Assembly (NCBI GenBank): GCA_045803545.1 | Contig: JBJMOW010000004.1 | Coordinates: forward strand, 1,009,189-1,073,188 | Source: Gemmatimonadaceae bacterium | GTDB lineage: Bacteria; Gemmatimonadota; Gemmatimonadetes; Gemmatimonadales; Gemmatimonadaceae | Direction: 5' to 3' | Length of the DNA: 64,000 nucleotides | Shown: positions 60,448 to 64,000 of the stretch, piece after piece | Numbering within the stretch: the stretch's first letter is position 1 | Layout: each line of letters starts with the position of its first letter | Notes under the pieces: model-generated | What the model was told of the DNA's origin: nothing | Database searches by the model: none | The model's input: the letters and a program-made list of their open reading frames with translations, nothing else | Position numbers and translations under genes: made by a program

Positions 60448-60592
60448 CTGCGGGATGCGACCGCTGCCGGAGGAGAGGTTAGCTCTTAACCGCAACTAGC
60501 CCACATCTCGCAACCAGCCCTCGTCTCGCAACTAGCCCGCAACTCGCAACCAGCCCGCAGCTCGCAACAATTAGTTGGCTCTCCTCCCGCAG
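60448..60592. repeat. REP/MITE-like element, copy 2, with an internal 17-18 bp tandem array
   Basis: Starts CTGCGGGATGCGA and ends CAACAATTAGTTGGCTCTCCTCCCGCAG, as in copy 1. Internally it has 4-5 tandem units CTCGCAAC(C/T)AGCCC-N3 (60489-60575). Confidence 0.65.
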
Positions 60593-60629
60593 CGTGCTCG
60601 TAGTTAGCTCTCCTCCCCCAGCCCTCTCG

Positions 60630-61064
60630 CTAGGAAACCATCCCGTTCGGCGTTCCTCCCATGATCCGCGGTTGAATCGGTCCATTCACAAACAGTCTCG
60701 CCGACGCGGTCGGTTTGCCGTCGAGGGTGACCTGCATCTTGTATTGTCCCGCAGAGTTCAGCGGGAGATCGACGACCGCGATGATCGGCAGGTCGACCTC
60801 GAACTCGGGATTCGGCGCCGGCGCGACGTTCATCTCACCCGACGATGACCACAACTCCTCATCGCGCGGACTCAACCAGCGGAAGGTCAGCTTGTGATTG
60901 CCTACATCACTACCGTCGGCCTTTACGCGCACGATGAAGTGCGTGCGCGGGTGAATCGTCGGTAATCCCGCGACCTGGACTGCATCGAACACGCCGAGGA
61001 CGTTGAGCTTTCCCTCCTGGGAAAGGTTGGCGGCGTCGGCGAAAACGGCAAATGAGATGTGCAT
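60630..61064 (-). CDS. Hypothetical beta-rich protein
   Basis: 144-aa ORF with coding-like composition. No motif I can assign confidently. Confidence 0.55.
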   Translation of the reverse strand: MHISFAVFADAANLSQEGKLNVLGVFDAVQVAGLPTIHPRTHFIVRVKADGSDVGNHKLTFRWLSPRDEELWSSSGEMNVAPAPNPEFEVDLPIIAVVDLPLNSAGQYKMQVTLDGKPTASARLFVNGPIQPRIMGGTPNGMVS

Positions 61065-61113
61065 CCCGCAAAGTAGCCGCGCTGCAGCTTCACGGGCTAG
61101 CTAGTTTTCGGCG

Positions 61114-62070
61114 ATGACAGAATCGGTTAGCCCGCCGGTCGCAATCGCGGAATTGTCGTCGCATCCCGCATTCGGCGTGACGGATGTGTTGCTGCTCGCG
61201 ATGGCCACGATCTGGGGATCCAATTTTGTGGTGGTGAAATACGCGACGCGAATCTTCAATCCCGTCGCTTTCACTGGCTTGCGCGTTGGTACCGTAGCGA
61301 TCTTCATGATTCTTTTCGCGCTTTTGCGAAGCGCAGGGAGCGGAGAGCGCGCTACGTCGCGTCGAGCCCAGGCTCGTTCACTGAGCCGTGGTGTCATTAC
61401 TCGATTGCTATTGCTCGGGGTGGTCGGCAATGGGCTCTATCAACTCTGTTTCGTCCACGGTGTCGCGCGGACCCGAGCCGGAAACGCTGCCCTCATCGTC
61501 GGAGCAGCGCCTGCGTTCATCGCGCTGGCGGCAAGAGCGAAAGGGCTCGAACGGATCCAGCGAATGACAATGATGGGAATCGTACTATCGGTGTTGGGGG
61601 TTGGACTCGTAATGCTCGGCAGCGCGAACGCCGGCGCGGGGCAGACGACACTGCTGGGATCCGTCCTCGTATTCCTGGGCGTCGTGTGCTGGACGTTCTA
61701 CACGATCTTCCTGCAGCCGTACACCAAGCGCGTCGACGCGATCACATTATCGGCGCTGACTTTGATCGGCGGCGGGGTGCCGCTTTTGATCGCAGCCAGC
61801 CCGGCAATCGTCGCGACAGACTGGTCGCGAATCGGTATCATGGGCTGGATGGCGCTGATCTACTCCAGCATCGTCTCGATGGGTATCGCTTATCTCTTCT
61901 ATTATCGAGGCTTGCGAGTACTTGGCCCGACCCGCACGGCGGTTTACTCCAACCTGCAGCCGATCATCGCGCTTCTCATCGCGTGGCCGCTGCTCGGCGA
62001 AACTCCGACCATTTTCCAGGGCGTCGGCGCGGCCACGATCGTTGCCGGTGTCTTCATGACTCGGGCATGA
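61114..62070 (+). CDS. EamA/DMT family transporter
   Basis: 318 aa with 10 TM helices and two EamA-like halves. Confidence 0.9.
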   Translation: MTESVSPPVAIAELSSHPAFGVTDVLLLAMATIWGSNFVVVKYATRIFNPVAFTGLRVGTVAIFMILFALLRSAGSGERATSRRAQARSLSRGVITRLLLLGVVGNGLYQLCFVHGVARTRAGNAALIVGAAPAFIALAARAKGLERIQRMTMMGIVLSVLGVGLVMLGSANAGAGQTTLLGSVLVFLGVVCWTFYTIFLQPYTKRVDAITLSALTLIGGGVPLLIAASPAIVATDWSRIGIMGWMALIYSSIVSMGIAYLFYYRGLRVLGPTRTAVYSNLQPIIALLIAWPLLGETPTIFQGVGAATIVAGVFMTRA

Positions 62071-62759
62071 GGCTAGTTCTCTTCGACATTGACGGGACGC
62101 TGCTCAATTCAGGAGGAATGGGGCGAGCGGCGATGCAGAAGGCGCTTGGCCAGATCTTCGGATCTCCCGGGAATCCGTCCTATCGTTACGATGGCAAAAC
62201 CGACAAGCAGATCGTGCGCGAAGTAATGCGGATGGAAGGACACTCCGATGAGCACATCGATTCGAGAATGGAAAAGTTGGTCGGTGTTTATCTCGAGGGC
62301 CTGCGCGAAGCCGCTGCCAGCCGCAAGTTCAACATCCGTCCGCTCGATGGAATCCCGGAGATTCTCGACGCGTTGGACAATCGGGACGATGTGATTCTTG
62401 GACTCCTTACTGGAAACGTCGAGCCCGGTGCGCGGATCAAGCTGACAGCGGCTGGTATCGATCCGGATCGATTCAAGATCAACGCGTTCGGGTCGGATCA
62501 CGAGCACCGCCCGGAGCTGCCGGCAATCGCGCGACGTCGAGCGGGAGAGACACTCGGTCTCGACATCGCCGGCGACCGCCTCGTTGTGATTGGCGACACC
62601 CCCGCCGATATCGAGTGCGGTAGATCGCTCGGCGCCAAAGCGATCGGCGTCGCCAGCGGGCACTATACCGTCGAACAGCTGCAGGCGCATCGCCCTTACG
62701 CGGTTTTCTCTTCGCTCGGCGATACCAGCAAGGTCCTCGACACCATCCTTCATGCGTGA
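62067..62759 (+). CDS. HAD-superfamily hydrolase (phosphoglycolate-phosphatase-like)
   Basis: Start ATG 62067 overlaps the EamA stop (ATGA). Motif I is LFDIDGTLL. Motifs III/IV are around VVIGDTPADIECG. Confidence 0.85.
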   Translation: MRLVLFDIDGTLLNSGGMGRAAMQKALGQIFGSPGNPSYRYDGKTDKQIVREVMRMEGHSDEHIDSRMEKLVGVYLEGLREAAASRKFNIRPLDGIPEILDALDNRDDVILGLLTGNVEPGARIKLTAAGIDPDRFKINAFGSDHEHRPELPAIARRRAGETLGLDIAGDRLVVIGDTPADIECGRSLGAKAIGVASGHYTVEQLQAHRPYAVFSSLGDTSKVLDTILHA

Positions 62760-63324
62760 GGTCGAGCTCAAGGCGGTCGTCGACGACGTTGCGGAGCGGC
62801 GTCGCAACACCGAAAACGCGGGCGCGAAACTGTCTTTTGAAGGCAAGATCTCCGACCGGCGCTACGACTTCGCATCGGGCGATCTTTCTTCGCGCGATGA
62901 AGTGCTGAGAATGCGCACGTACATCAGCAAAACGGGCGCGAAAACCCACATCGACTGGAAAGGCCCGACCGAATTCCGCGACGTCTACAAAGTGCGCGAA
63001 GAGATCACTACTTCTGTCGACGATTCAGTGGCGCTCCACACGATCCTGCAGAAACTTGGTTTCGAGCAGGTCGCCGAGATCGATCGTGAAATCGCAGTGT
63101 ACGCGTTCGGTGCTGCGACGATCAGGTTCGAGATCTATCCGCGGATGGACACACTGGTCGAAGTAGAAGGTGAGCCGGAGGCGATCGAGGCGGCGATCGA
63201 GGCCACTGGCATCTCGCGTGGCACCTTCAGCAATCGGCGATTGGCGGATTTCGTAATCGATTTCGAGCAGCGAACAGGAGTTCAGGCAGCGATCTCGGAT
63301 CGCGATTTGGAGTCAGCGATCTAA
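62752..63324 (+). CDS. CYTH-domain protein (CyaB/ThTPase-like)
   Basis: Has the N-terminal ExExK signature (MREVELKAV). 190 aa. The start overlaps the HAD gene end. Confidence 0.8.
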   Translation: MREVELKAVVDDVAERRRNTENAGAKLSFEGKISDRRYDFASGDLSSRDEVLRMRTYISKTGAKTHIDWKGPTEFRDVYKVREEITTSVDDSVALHTILQKLGFEQVAEIDREIAVYAFGAATIRFEIYPRMDTLVEVEGEPEAIEAAIEATGISRGTFSNRRLADFVIDFEQRTGVQAAISDRDLESAI

Positions 63325-63374
63325 CTACCAGTGCCAATTGCGTATACGCGGTATCCAGATAAATTCACTCGGCA

Positions 63375-64000
63375 ATGAATTGTAGATTGATGCGAGGGAT
63401 CGCTGTCTCGATCCTTTCGCTGTTTGCGGCTCGCAGTGTCGCCGCCCAGGAAAACCCGGCAAAGCGATTGGCGAGCATCGTCGGCGTCGCCGTTGAGGAG
63501 TACGCCAAAGCCGTCGACGAAAACGGCAAGCTGATCTCGAAAGACGAATACGACGAGACGAGCGGGTTTCTCAGCGACGCTCGACCGATCGCGACGCGAC
63601 TCAACAGCTACACCGCGCGCACCATACAGGCCCTGCTCGACAGTCTTATCGCTGTAGTGCGCGACCGCAGACCACCGGCGGCAGCACGCGAGCTGCACGC
63701 AAGATTTGTCAACGCACTCGGTACGGCGGGTGCAATGGACCTTCCGAAAGCGCGGCTCGATACAGTCGAAGGCCACCGTCTCTTTGCCGCGAGCTGCGCT
63801 TCCTGTCACGGCATTGCCGGAACTGGCGATGGACCAAGCGCCCACACCCTCAGCACCCGGCCACCCGCCATTGGTGTCAGAGGCGAGACCCCAGAGCTGA
63901 CATCGACTCTCGCGTACAACGTGATCTCAGTCGGCGTACGCGGCACCGCGATGCCGGCATTCGCAGGTACACTCACTCCGCAGCAACGCTGGAACATCAT
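63375..64000 (+). CDS. Exported c-type cytochrome domain protein; 3' end runs off the window
   Basis: The + frame is open from ATG 63375 and is absent from the track because it has no stop in the window. Signal peptide is IAVSILSLFAARSVAAQ. The heme motif is CASCHG, and TAMPAF follows downstream. Confidence 0.6.
   Translation, partial: MNCRLMRGIAVSILSLFAARSVAAQENPAKRLASIVGVAVEEYAKAVDENGKLISKDEYDETSGFLSDARPIATRLNSYTARTIQALLDSLIAVVRDRRPPAAARELHARFVNALGTAGAMDLPKARLDTVEGHRLFAASCASCHGIAGTGDGPSAHTLSTRPPAIGVRGETPELTSTLAYNVISVGVRGTAMPAFAGTLTPQQRWNI

Noticed and set aside
60489-60575. Regular 17-18 bp repeats that might suggest a CRISPR array
   Set aside because: The units are contiguous with no unique spacers of CRISPR length. 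The repeat unit is too short. No cas genes or leader are present anywhere in the window. It is better described as a minisatellite inside a REP/MITE-like element.
63321-63845. Minus-strand ORF 63321..63845 (174 aa)
   Set aside because: The plus strand carries an open frame from 63375 to the window end with a signal peptide and a CxxCH heme motif. The minus-strand product has no features and an off-frame-like composition.
1-64000. Search for mobile elements, prophage, integrases, toxin-antitoxin pairs, restriction/defence genes, tRNA, rRNA and known riboswitches
   Set aside because: No translation in the track shows transposase, integrase, nuclease/helicase defence domains or TA-like small pairs. 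None of the intergenic regions longer than 100 bp showed tRNA cloverleaf or rRNA-like sequence by eye. An Rfam/tRNAscan run would be needed for certainty.

Overview
GC-rich bacterial chromosomal window with about 60 densely packed protein-coding genes. Many are translationally coupled through ATGA/GTGA/TTGA overlaps, which I used to refine starts. Gene content (DUF2723, TamAB, exported HEAT-repeat proteins, glcDEF) fits a Gemmatimonadota/Acidobacteriota-like soil bacterium, but that lineage call is inference only. I recognised no rRNA, tRNA, CRISPR array, transposase, integrase or prophage genes. Recognisable content includes an MFS transporter, an ECF sigma/anti-sigma operon with two exported HEAT-repeat paralogs, and a DinB-family/DUF411 operon. 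It also includes a DUF2723 membrane glycosyltransferase-like protein, ltaE, an AidB-like acyl-CoA dehydrogenase, a ChlI-like AAA+ ATPase, ygfZ-glcFED, a DAG-kinase-family protein and an RpoD-family sigma factor. Further along are aroB, a PduO-type adenosyltransferase, a TrxR-like ferredoxin-NADP reductase, lspA, mpl, a peptide ABC SBP plus permease, tamA-tamB, an SH3-NlpC/P60 peptidase, and EamA, HAD and CYTH proteins. Main observations: (1) The imuA / imuB / dnaE2 mutagenesis cassette is split into three separate loci (6.2, 13.2 and 19.8 kb). Each locus is preceded by the same 21-22 bp direct-repeat motif (TTCGG-N6-TTCGG around a -10-like TATA hexamer), a candidate lineage-specific SOS operator. 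(2) A cytosolic three-gene module sits behind an incomplete peptide ABC importer. It consists of a class-A beta-lactamase-like serine hydrolase, an M15-like peptidase with an H-x6-N variant of the zinc motif, and a distant PafA/glutamine-synthetase-fold ligase. This is a candidate undescribed peptide-processing or peptide-ligation system. (3) At least three, probably four, conserved genes (mpl, DUF1697, cytidylate-kinase-like, aroB) have essential N-terminal motifs encoded upstream of any ATG/GTG/TTG. In each case a CTG lies just after the in-frame stop, which argues for CTG initiation. (4) A family of G-rich heptamer arrays (GGGAAGC/GGGAGGC/GAGAGGC/GGGATGA) forms long inverted repeats and G-quadruplex motifs. 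They occur in intergenic regions, at gene ends and inside imuB. (5) There are two copies of a roughly 145-175 bp REP/MITE-like element bounded by CTGCGGG...CCCGCAG, plus several other long inverted or tandem repeats. All functional calls come from reading the translations by eye; no database search was run.
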